A stretch of 64,000 bases of DNA from Chrysomallon squamiferum (lineage: Eukaryota; Animalia; Mollusca): assembly GCA_012295275.1 (NCBI GenBank), contig CM022672.1, positions 15,810,001 through 15,874,000 on the forward strand, given 5' to 3'. The position numbers and the translations under genes were made by a program. Positions 1 through 11,730 of the stretch are shown here, in pieces. Each line of letters begins with the position of its first letter. Position 1 is the stretch's first letter. The notes below the pieces were generated by a model. That model made no database searches. It was not told the origin of the DNA and saw nothing but the letters and a program-made list of their open reading frames with translations.

Positions 1-1427
1 CCATACCTGGACATCCCTCCTCCTCCTTCTCACCTGCAGCCATCACAGGCTTTTTCCAAACTGCAAACACCCACCAGCAAAACCGTATCAGTCTACACGA
101 ATAATGTTTTCCTTGCACCCGATTCCAAACGGTCTCGATATGATGAAACTGCCAACAACCTCCACCATCACAACAACAGCAACAACAACAGCAACATCAA
201 CAACAACAACAACAACAACAACAGTATTCAGGATGAACCGATAGACTTAAGTGTGAAAACTAACAGTATAAAATCTGAATCCAGAGGCAAGCTTGGTTAC
301 TCTGTATCTCCCCAGTCAGCTAGCATTCCTTTCAATTTGTCTACCTCATCGTTCGAGTCCATGCCTTACACATTGGACCTGACCAATCACAGGGCAGCTA
401 CTGTCGACTTCTCCAGTCCCTCTAAAGACGTTGCGAAGAGTCGGTCAAGCTCTGTTACGCCGACGTCTCACTTCGATGCTGTGACCAGTCACACAAGTTC
501 AAGGTCAGATGTAACAAAAGTGAAATCTCAGGATCCCCCCAGTGCCTCCTCATGTTTGCCTACCCAGAGATCTGCCAGTGCAGCACCCCTCACCTACACA
601 AAGGTATTAACAACAAAACACAACAATAAAAATCACTATGATCATAATGGTAATAATACTAATAATAACAATAATAATAATGGTTGCAATAACAATGATA
701 CTGATAATATTCATCATAATTATTACAATATTAATAATAATTGTAATTAAAAAATAAAGATAAGGATAATAATAGCTGTAGTAGCAATAGGAGTAGTAGT
801 AGTAGTATTACCAGTAGTAGTAATAGTAGTAGCAATATAGTAGTGATAGTAGTAATAGTAATAGTAGTAGTAGTAGTAGTAGTAGTAGTTGCAGCATCAG
901 CAATGACAACAGTAATAGTAATAGTAATAGTGATAGTGGTAGCTGTAATAGTAGCATCACTAGGATTAGTAGCAGCAGCAGTAACAGCAGTAGTGATAAC
1001 AATAGTACTTGTGTAACTGAAGATTGCCTTTTACATCAGATACAATTCATTGATTTTTGTTGTTTCAAAGCTGAATTATTATGTCAGTATTTAATTTTCA
1101 AAATTTTTGTTTCAGACATCAAAATCCTCAACATCCTCATCATCAACATCATCATCATCAACATATCAAGATCTCTCTACAAATGTCCATCCAGCTTTTC
1201 CATCGTCGGCTTTCATGCCACAGAATGTTGTTGTCAATTCCCCACTGCAGATACAACAGTTTTACGCAGCACACTTTTCAAACGTTCACCCTTCTGCAAC
1301 GTATGAAGAAATTGTGCGACAACAACTCCACGCTCATCTGAATTCTGGAGCAGCAATCGCAACTGCGCCAATGCAGATTTATCCTCATTTGTATAAAGAG
1401 AGTCAGAAATCAGGTGCTTCGAAATGA
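1..1427 (+). CDS. 3' end of an unidentified Ser/Pro/Asn-rich nuclear protein with a PxDLS (CtBP-binding) motif; last two coding exons <1-603 and 1116-1427
   Basis: Frame is open from base 1 (PYLDIPPPPSH...DEPIDLSVK...). Donor AAG|gtatta at 603/604, acceptor ttcag| at 1115/1116, both phase 0; stop TGA 1425-1427. The intervening intron is AAT/AGT microsatellite. No recognisable folded domain is in view. Confidence 0.75.
610..1005. repeat. Compound (AAT)n/(AGT)n/(AGC)n microsatellite filling the gene 1 intron
   Basis: Directly visible. Confidence 0.85.
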
Positions 1428-1945
1428 AACTAGTTAAAAAGTTTCCACATTTATTAACAAATGATACAAATATTATTGGGATTAAAAGGTAAAAATTTGA
1501 AAGCTTTGACTAAAATTCCAGCCCTTCTGTTTTTGTTTTCTTTCTGAAAGTAATTCAGAAGTAAGGTCTTTGCTGGATTTTTGTCTCACATGGTGATGAA
1601 ACTTGAAACTTTTGCGTTGAAATTGATGTCAGCTTACAGTAAGACTGAAAGAAATGGTGTGATTATATTAACAAATTTTGTGATGCTAGGGTTTTTTGAT
1701 AGGGCAAGGCTTGTAATTATGATCAGCAAGTTTACTTAAAAAATAAAGTGTTGACCTCAAGCTGGGATGTTACAGTCACCACAGAGGTCTTGTGGTATAA
1801 ACATACCAGTGATATTAATTATGAATTAGTGAACACTTACTTTTTTCCCTGTTTTATTAATAATTTTTTTCTTTTTTATTATTATAATTTGTATTTATTA
1901 TTATATTTTTTTTATTATTTTTTGTTTTTATTATTATTATTATTA

Positions 1946-1991
<46 letters not shown>

Positions 1992-3633
1992 AGGCACTGG
2001 TAGGCATTTTAAAGTACAAGTTATGATTGGGTGTATATCATATCCCCGTTCTATTCTTCGATCCTCATCCAATTAATTAGCTGTGTGAATTTAAAATTTG
2101 TACAAAAATTGTGGTTGATAATTTAAAGTGAATGTATATTTATTTCAGTGCATTTAAAGTGTCCATTTCTATATGATCATTTTTGTTTATGTTATTTTGA
2201 TACCTGCAGTTTCACAAATGATATTTTATTTGAAAGATTTACAAATTTTCTTTTTGAAATAATTAGATAATTATTTTTTTCACCTAAAATTTATTTTGAT
2301 TAGACATATTTCAAGAAAAGCCTTATAGAAATTAAACTAAGTAAAATATAAAATAATGCAAGTTTATTAAATGTATTACTAAACAGTGGCAGCTAACATG
2401 GATGTGTTGGAGAATACTGTTTAAATTTACTTTTAAAATTTTATCAAATACTGTAATTATTAGCATTTCTTGATTTGATTTATCATTTATTTTTTAATGA
2501 AGTGGATACTAAAAGTATAAAAATGATCTGAAAATAGCATTTTGGAAATTATTTTGTTAACTCGTTCATTTTCTTTTTAATTTTCTTTTTATTTACTTTT
2601 TGGCATAATATTCCTTGGTTTAAAAAATATTTGTCATAATTACATTTCATTTAAAATAATAATAAAGAGAGAAACAAAAATAAAATGTATGGCAGTGTAT
2701 TTAATTTTTTTAAATATTAATAGATAAATAAAATTCAATAAAAACTGCTCAAAAAGTTATTAAAATTTTGTTTCCAAAGGCATTAAATAAAATTTAATGA
2801 AATAAAATAAGCAAGTATGTTTGTTAATGGGAAAGTGCTATAAATGAATTATTTATAAATGTTTAGCAATCTCCGTTTTTAATTTTTACAAATTTAAAAA
2901 CAAATTAAAAATTAAGAGTGGTTTCAAATGTCCTTTTAATTAATCTTGTTTATCTTTAAGTTAGTTTATTCTTATTTTGAACTGTTTTGTTTTTTGTTTG
3001 TTTTGCAGGGTTTTTTTTGTTAGAATTACATCACACACATTTAGTAAATGGACATTTTTCTTTTTATAACAAAACTTTATGATTTAGAAATTAACATTTC
3101 ATATGCAATTTCATTCAGAAATTAGTTTTATTTGAAAGAATAAAAGAGATTTGTTTCATGAGATGAATTAAAATTACACATTACAAAATTAGTTATTCTA
3201 GTCACAGCCATCATAGAAAAATTTGGCATCACAGTTTTCCTCTTCAGTAAATATTTGTTTAGAGTGTTTTTCCATTACAAGACTGATACCTTGTATGTGT
3301 ATATTTTTTCTATAAATAGCAGTGTTCCCAGTTACGTTTAATTTATACATTTTGTAATATTTGGCTGTGTAGATTTATGATAAATATTGTTGTTGTCTTG
3401 CCCTATTGAATCATTTAAATATAGAGTTGAAATGTTGAGTGCCTTAACTAATCACAAACTACATCACTAATTTTTTTTTTTTTTTATATGTAGATTAGTG
3501 AAATAAGTAACATGAATATTGTAATGTTTATTGTTTTTGCAAAATCTCACAGTCAAATTTCCGTATATTTTACATTGTTTATATTTCAGGAAATTAGGCA
3601 TAATATATTTTCTTCTTTTTTTAAATGTGGGTA

Positions 3634-3670
<37 letters not shown>

Positions 3671-3844
3671 TATTTATTTTTTATTTTTTTGTATGATATC
3701 CATACAAAGCATCAGCATATTGAAATAATAACCTTACATTCATTTTGATTTTATTATTCTCAATATTTTTATCACTATCTATGTTTGTGAAGTGTATTTA
3801 AACAAAATTAATAATTGTAAAAATCTGTTATCAGAAAAGATAGA

Positions 3845-3888
<44 letters not shown>

Positions 3889-5691
3889 GCATTTTGCAAA
3901 AACCTATTATACTGTAATTGTTGAAGTGCCACACAATAAGGTTATTAATTATAGCAAAACATAATAATTTAATTGTTGAATTCAATAATAAACAGTAGTA
4001 TTATTTAATATACAGTAACATATTGAATACCTTAGCACCTGGTAATACTGTTCTTAAATATTTAACATAATGTAATTAATGTATACACAATGACACATTA
4101 TTCGTATTGTTGAATATAATACCTGGTAATATATTCAACATAAAGTAATTGTTGTATATATATATTTATTTACAATAATATCAGAAATTATAATTGCTAA
4201 TCTGTGCTAACATTTTATAGTAATTTAAATATTCACACAAAACTAACATTTGAAAATTTAATAATACATAATATTTTAGTTGCTAATTATACCATAACTC
4301 TGAAATGTAAAAGCTCAACAATATTAAAAATGTAAATTATAAATATAACTCAAAAAAGGTAATTGCTAAATATACCATAATTGTTGAAAAAAAAATGCAA
4401 CATACCATTTTGAGTACCTGTAACCCTGGTAATGAATCTATAGATGATGTTTAGAATTAGAATTTGCCATATTTCAACATAAAATATTTTTATATATTAA
4501 ATAGTATTCATTACAGTACAATTGGCTGCATCATTACATTTTCTGTCAGTTATCTGAATTATTGACAGAAATTCAGTATTACGCTTATTTATATATTTGA
4601 TGATTTATAAACCGGATTTCTTAATTGATGGGGGGGGTTTGAGGGGGGATTACTGTACTTAAGGCTATAATTATTAACGATACATTTTGGTGGTAAATTT
4701 TCAGAGTTTTTGTTAGAAAAATACCTGTTTTTCAGTTCAGTATCATAATTTATGATTTCAAAGTGTGTGTATATTACACATGTCAAAATTTCTATATTTT
4801 AAATTCAGTGTCTTTATTTATTTGTTTTTCAATGTTAGTACTAAGAGATGTCATAATGTTTTTATTTTTTATTATCATTTGTTTTCTCAGTTGCAGTTAC
4901 TTTTGAAATGTTAGAAGGTTTAAAAATGCATACATTTGTAATTAACCATCAGAATCACACAAAAATTTTGTTTTTTAATTGTAAATGTCAGTTTAAGCAA
5001 TACATTAATTATTTAGAGTTTCAAAACATTTAAGATTAATTTTCTATTTTAAGCAATAAGTCATTGCACTTTTCAGTTTAAAATACTTTCGATTCACTGT
5101 TAATTTGGATTATAATTTCTTAAGTCTATAATTTGTTGTTGTTTTTTGTGGGGTTTTTAAATCCATAATGAAGATTTAGTCACATGGCATAGAAATATAT
5201 ATATCTTTTTTTTTATTGAAAATAATATTTATTTTTTTTTAAATTATTCTAATAATTGTTAGCTTCACTGATAACAGTTTGAAAGGATTATATTAAAAAG
5301 CATTTTGTTTGATTCCAGTATTAATTTTACATATTGTTGACAGAATTCAGTTAACTTGGCAGAAAAATAGCTCACAGCATTTTCAAGATTAATTCAACAT
5401 TAAAATGATAATAAAAATACATTAATGAAAACATTTGTGACTAAGAAATAAAATATGAAATTAGATTTTTTTTTTTTTTTTTACATTCAAGAGTAAAACA
5501 CTGGAAAATATTGCTGAAAAAGATAAATTAAAAATAACAATAATAATTTGTACAATGTTAACTCATAAATGATATTGAAAGTAAATTGTTTACATATTCT
5601 TAACGGTACAATTAATGAAATTTAACTCTTGGGCACTAGTATATATGCTTCTTTTTTGTAGCATAAATTTATATATATTTATGTGTGAGTA

Positions 5692-5692
<1 letters not shown>

Positions 5693-5738
<46 letters not shown>
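5693..5738. repeat. (CA)n microsatellite
   Basis: Perfect dinucleotide run; similar runs occur at 20930-20971 and 28200-28255. Confidence 0.95.
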
Positions 5739-5741
<3 letters not shown>

Positions 5742-6829
5742 AATTTAGTAAACATTTATCCAAATCATTTTTGTAACCATATTTACAACTTTTTACACGT
5801 TATTCAAAAGACATGAATCATATTTTTTTTCTTTCTTTCAGGTTTCTTCTTTTAAGTTCATGTTACTAAAACATGGTTGTCCCATTGTGTTAACTTGTAC
5901 TCAGGTCACTGTGAATTGTTTATTGTCAGTGTAACTTTGTTATCAGATCCTGTAATAGAGTATCCTGTTACTATTTTATATATCCTTGTTGTACCTCTTT
6001 ATCCTGTTACTGTAGCAAGTATCCTGCTGCAGTAATAATTTATGTTACTTGTAAACTTATAATTTATGTTACAGTAATGTGTATCCTGGTACAGTAGTCT
6101 CTGTGCATTGTTACTCTAATGTGTATTTCCTCTTACTGTAACAAATGTTTTGTTTCTCTGTGTTTCCTCAGTTTTCTTTTACTTAATATATCATGTAGCA
6201 TTAATTTTGTACCCTGTAACTGTAACCCTGTGCATCATGTTACACTTTTTGTCATATTTCAGTTACTCGGTTTGTGTCGCATGTTATGGTAACCATTGAT
6301 ATCATATTACTGTAACTTTTGTATTGTTACTCCTACTTTGTATATCATAATGTTACAGTTTTATACTTCTTTATATGGTATTTGTTATCATGTTACGATA
6401 ACTTTAGATATCATACAACTTTGACTTTGTAAATTCTGTTAACTAATAACATAAAATTATATCATAATGTTTGTAGTAATACTTTCATGTTTTTTTAAAA
6501 AAGGTTTATTAATAATTTTTTTTTTTTTTTTTAATTTTTTTATACTTTAAGGTTGGATATCTTTGTACCTGAATTTACTAAAATATGGTTTACTTTGTAT
6601 TGTATTTATAATTTTGTATATCGAGCCTTTACGATCATCTTCTGTCATACAAAAATAAATTATAGTTTAGTATGCAGCATTGTATTCTATGTTACATGTA
6701 TTATTTTGCATAGAATGTGTTATGAACTCTGTGTATATACATAAAAAACAAATTTATATAAATATATACTTAACTTCTACAGACTGATTATGTTGTGCAA
6801 TACTAACTAGATACATTTATTGTAGGCAC

Positions 6830-6835
6830 AATAAA
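6830..6835 (+). promoter_or_regulatory. Probable polyadenylation signal of gene 1 (implies a 3' UTR of about 5.4 kb)
   Basis: AATAAA ending a long T-rich UTR-like tract, followed by a T-rich downstream element (ttttttcttctgtt). Other AATAAA hexamers exist upstream. Confidence 0.4.
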
Positions 6836-7041
6836 AATAAAAAACTGTAAACAGATTTTTTTCTTCTGTTAATAAATATGATATACTAATCCGAGTTTTA
6901 TATTTTGTTATTAAACAAAATCATGTAAATTTCATATGGGTGCGAGTTTTGTGTTGTGTGTGCCTGTGGAAGAAGCTATCAAAATTTATAATGTGTTTTA
7001 CCATATTTATATTTTTATTATATATTTATTTTATTTTATCA

Positions 7042-7077
<36 letters not shown>

Positions 7078-7534
7078 ACAATGTTTTATTCCTGTTAAAC
7101 TCGTGCATCTGGCCTCATTCCACTCCACTAACAGGTTACAAATAGACATTTATCTTATATGTATGACATGCTTAGTTATGCTATCGTTCCCACTTGTTTA
7201 TTTTCCTTCCTTCTAACTATTATTATTATTATTATATCTATTATCTTATTATTTATTTATTTTTGTTAATAATATTTTATTTCGCACACTTCCGGATAAT
7301 TTCGAATTCGTTTAGCGAAAACAGTCGAAGTTTTCCGATTATTCTATTAAAAACGGCTGGTTGACACCTAATTCGGTGAAGAGCTTAGTTCGGTGCACGT
7401 AGGTCTTAGTTTGACTGGCTAGGTCTGAAATCGGGCGGTTTGTCCAACCGATATATAAACAAGTCGTTCGTATGAAGTAATTATATATATAACCTTGAAT
7501 GAAAACCGTACGCTGATGTCAGTTGGTATTTCTT

Positions 7535-7690
7535 TAGTTGGTTTAGCAGTTATCACGTTTCATCTACATAACTGATATTATCAGTCTCAATCCAAACATC
7601 TTAAAATGTAATTGTTAATTGTTGTTAGTAATGACAAAAACGTTATGTAGACAGAAAGCTATTAAATCTTTTCACAAATTTCCTTCCTTT
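7535..7690 (+). mobile_element. Possible tRNA-derived SINE relic
   Basis: ggtttagcagttatcacgtt resembles a tRNA 5' half/A-box, and the segment ends in a ttccttcctt tail. Highly degenerate. Confidence 0.25.
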
Positions 7691-8659
7691 TACAATTTTG
7701 TGTTCGCGCCTGCTGATTGTTATTTTATATAATATATAAATTTATCAGTTAATCTTCGTGTAAAAGTCTTGCAAACAAGCCACGTAAGATATATAAATGA
7801 GTGCAGACTATTTCATCACTTTTTATTAGCCCTTTTGTTTAATAGAATTCACGTGACGGTTACTGTTGTTTACTTCCTTTCAGAAATCGGTGAGTGAAAC
7901 GAGATATTGATTTACCACACAGCCTTTTCTGATTGGTCGATAACAAACACAGCATAACTTGACTCGGTTTTCAGCCAATCGCTGACGGCTTTGTAGTATT
8001 CCGTTTATACACTCCGTTCATTCACGTCTTAAAATAAAGCGTACACTTAACGATTTGAATTTCCTTGAACTAGGCTGTTGAAAGTTAAAACATAAATGTG
8101 CACATACACGTTTGTTACCAAACCAGCTGCATCCCTTTTGAGGAATATAACCTTTAAAAATTGTTTTGAGACAAAAGTCCGTACGTGTATTTGAAAACAT
8201 CTCTATTCTAATAATTATATTACTGAAAGATAAAACGGCAACAAGGAAATAATAATTCGTAATTTTTCAAAAGATCATTAAAATTAGGTGGTTTCAACAT
8301 TTTGAAAAGAAAAGATATTAATAATTTATTTTGTTTGTTAGTGTTATTATTACTGGTTTGTATTATTTTCATTATTATTCTTTTATTTTTTATTTATTAT
8401 TATTATTTTGTTGTTGTTAACAGCAGTGAAGGAAGATACCCAATATAATTATTTCTTGTATTCATTGAAAAGCAAAAAAATACAGCACTGTAAAAACTAA
8501 AACGGAGACATTTTCAAAATCAAGTACATAAATTACACAATGAAATGTGTTTCGTAATACAGAAAACACCATGTATCAAACAATTAGACCATCTCATCCA
8601 GAATTTATAATTTTGATATTATTACTGGGCTATTTCCAGTTCCAACCAGTCTCCTTGAC

Positions 8660-8833
8660 TGATGAACCTGTTATGTGCATTTCTGCACAAATGATAAAAA
8701 TATGTTGTGTTGTCAAATGATTTTAGTGACCATGTCTGTATGACTTGTCTGTTGAGGTTTTGCCCCCTTTTAATTATGTTTTAGGTCTCTATGACAACCA
8801 CTTGAATGGCTGCTCTGGACAGGTTTGACTGTA
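8660..8833. mobile_element. Tc1/mariner-pogo type MITE relic
   Basis: Right end GGACAGGTTTGACTG|TA is a typical (TA)CAGTCAAACCTGT terminus; the left end is degraded (gaacctgtt... agtgaccatgtc). Confidence 0.45.
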
Positions 8834-9719
8834 TGTGAAAATGGGAGGATTACTAAAAATGGGTTAACGGTTACAACAAGGTGATTAAAGCAAATCTGAT
8901 AATTTAGTCACAAAACTGAGAAAGGTTTTACAACAAGAACAATATTTAATATTAATATGACAGTATAAAATTAAAAATAATAAAAATTTACTAATAATAA
9001 ATACTGTAAATGTTAGGTTAGCAGGGTCAGAACAAGAATATAGAAAAGAGGGTTGCTGTAACAAGAATTGTAAAGGTGGATATATTTTTTCATAAATGTA
9101 TTTCATGCTGAATAAAAACCCTGAAAATATTCTTAACATTCTGGGTAAATCCCACCAAAAAATCTGTAACAGTGTTGGTAAGCTTATCCACTACTGAAGA
9201 TTATCTTGAAGCCAGGTTTTATAAAAGTAATAATCAGATACTGAGAAAAGATGTGACAAATGTCACGAGGTCCCAGTTGTTATTACACTAATAAATCAAG
9301 TAAGTCGTACATCTAGGAAGTATAGAATTTCTGAAATAATCAGATTGAGCTATTTTGATATGAACAGTATTTGTGGAAAAAAAAAAAAAAAAAAAATGTC
9401 TTCATTGGCTTTATCCTGTGCTTTGTGACACAAGTTGTAGGATTTCAATGTGAAATGATAAACAAATACATGTCTAACTTTTTTCAGAAAGAACTGTTTC
9501 TCTGAGATGTCGTGTGTAACAGGATCAGTCCTTATTAACCTCTTAACTGACTTAATAAACATCCTGTACTGAATGCAGCTTTCACAGTGGTCTAGACATA
9601 ACATACACAACAACCTGATTATACCGATATAAAACCTGCATAGAGTTTAGTTTATTGGCAAGATCCTTGTTCATACTAAAACATGCCCCAAATCAGGATT
9701 CATAAAAAAACCCAGTTAA

Positions 9720-9830
9720 GCATGTTTTCCTGTCTATGGGTTACAACATATAAAATATTACTTGCTGCTTACTGATAAAAGTAAGCTATGTAATACTGGC
9801 AGTGGCTTTTCTCTCTGGTAGCTTTAAACA
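9720..9830 (+). mobile_element. Degenerate SINE central-domain fragment (MetaSINE-like)
   Basis: cctgtctatgggtt...catataaaatattacttgctgct...ggcagtggcttttctctc resembles the recalled conserved SINE core CCTGTCTGTGGG...CATATAAAAGATCCCTTGCTGCT...CAGCGGGTTTCCTCTC. A related piece (tgggctatttccagttccaaccagt) is at 8626-8650. Confidence 0.5.
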
Positions 9831-10001
9831 AGATATATATGATCAGCATTTAATTACAATTAACTTGAAAATACTGTCTGTCAGTCTGTCTCTCTCTGAC
9901 ACTTTCTATCACATCTCATTTCCACTAGAACTGCACAAATGATGTTGTAAAGAAAAACTTAGCAAAAGTAAAAACAAAAACAAAAGAATTTTTAATAGAC
10001 A

Positions 10002-10007
10002 TTTATT
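10002..10007 (-). promoter_or_regulatory. Probable CREBRF polyadenylation signal (3' UTR of about 6.1 kb)
   Basis: Minus-strand AATAAA followed about 20 nt later by a U/GU-rich tract (ttcttttgtttttgttttt on the minus strand). Confidence 0.45.
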
Positions 10008-10159
10008 CCATTTTCTGCAAAATGGTACAGTAGTAGAAAACAGTGCAATGGCAATGTTGAAAACCCGTTCACTTCTCTGAGGTGTAGGCAGTTCCAGAAA
10101 CCATCACAGAGTGGGGGGGGGTCTCAGGGACTATTTTTTATTTAATTCAAGCTACTTGC

Positions 10160-10193
<34 letters not shown>

Positions 10194-11693
10194 AAAAAAA
10201 TAATAAAAGATAATAAGAATAATAAAAATATTAGAAATAACATGAAATAATAATGAAAATCAATAAATAAAATTAATATTAAGAACAAACATTAAAAAAA
10301 AATCAGAAATATAATTTTTAATGATTTCAATAAATAAAAAAAAAAAAAAAAAAACCCAAAAAACCTGAAGAAACAAATAAGGAAGAAATTATATTAATTT
10401 GTAAACATATAAAAATATACAGATCCCCACTGAATTTTATAAACAATGTGATAATTTTTGAAACTATCCTGAAACTGTCTCTTCAATATGTACAAAATTG
10501 TAACAATTATTTAATATTGAAAGCCCATTTTGAAAATACAGAAGCAGAGAAATGCTTCCTAAATCAAGATCTGAGTGGAAATTTTAACTTCCAGTGAACA
10601 CAACCTCCATTACATCATGTACCATATTTCCTCAAATAACAGAAAATATTCATTAAAAAAATAACAATTAATAATTATTTAAAAAAAAAAAAAAAAAAGT
10701 ATTGAACTCTGATTTGCAAAACTTGTTGTTTGGCATTTGTATGACCTGATCAATTATATAATGTAATTATGATAATGTCCACTGAATCGCAAAGCATATC
10801 TATCTCCAATTTTAAAGTTTAACCAGTATCAATCTGGAATCAACAATAAACATAATGGTTATACCTGCTGAATGTTTACACGTAATCTGTGACATAGAAC
10901 ATTAACACATGATAACTACTGACAGTTCGACCAAGTTTTAGTGGACACATCAAAATATGGTCTAAAAAATGTTTATTGTAGGGTAGAAGCTAGTTAATTG
11001 TTATGTAGTTTGTAAGTATTAGGAATGACTGAACTAATAAAAACAAAAAGGAAGATGCTTTTGTGAATAATACAAATGTATGTACTGTGAACTGTAAGTC
11101 CTGGGGATGAGTGACAAATTTAAAATGACACTGACAATAATTTTTTTATGAAATATTGCTGTATCAATGTATATATCTAATTCAGCAAAAAAAAAAAAAA
11201 AAAAAAAAAAAATAAAAAACCCACTAATGATAATAAATATTTAATATATCATACAATTTTTAAAATATTAAAAAATACTAAAACATTATATATACAATTA
11301 AAAGCAACAGTAAAAATAAAATTATTTGAGGAAATATGGTAATAAAACAATAACATGTACATACATTTCAACTTGCATGTCCCACTCTACCCCACTCACA
11401 TCTTGCATATTTATACCTTCTCATCCTAACTATGTACACTTTACAATATGTTAAAATCAGCCAGCCTTCAAAAAATATATTTGTTCTCATTAACCTTAAA
11501 GGTATATCTATAAAATATACATCTTATGCTTGTATATCCACTGTTTATTAAGCCAAAGTTTTATTAAGCCATCGTTTAGTAAGTACAATTTTGAGTTTAA
11601 CCAAGTTACCCCAATAATTAACAATGTTTTTTGTTTTAACATTTTCTTGTTAGTTTAAATGACTTGACAAAAAAACACAAACATATATATGTG

Positions 11694-11730
<37 letters not shown>

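Noticed and set aside
4629-4648. G-tracts as a possible G-quadruplex
   Set aside because: Only two G runs, and homopolymers are common in this genome.
808-7145. Many short ORFs with poly-Leu/Ile/Phe/Lys runs
   Set aside because: They are translations of (AAT)n, (AGT)n and poly-T microsatellites in intron/UTR; the same applies to the ORFs at 19622-21167 and 28059-28549.
7355-7430. GGCTGG-initiated segment resembling Y/vault RNA or tRNA
   Set aside because: No closing stem, convincing B box or oligo-T terminator was found.
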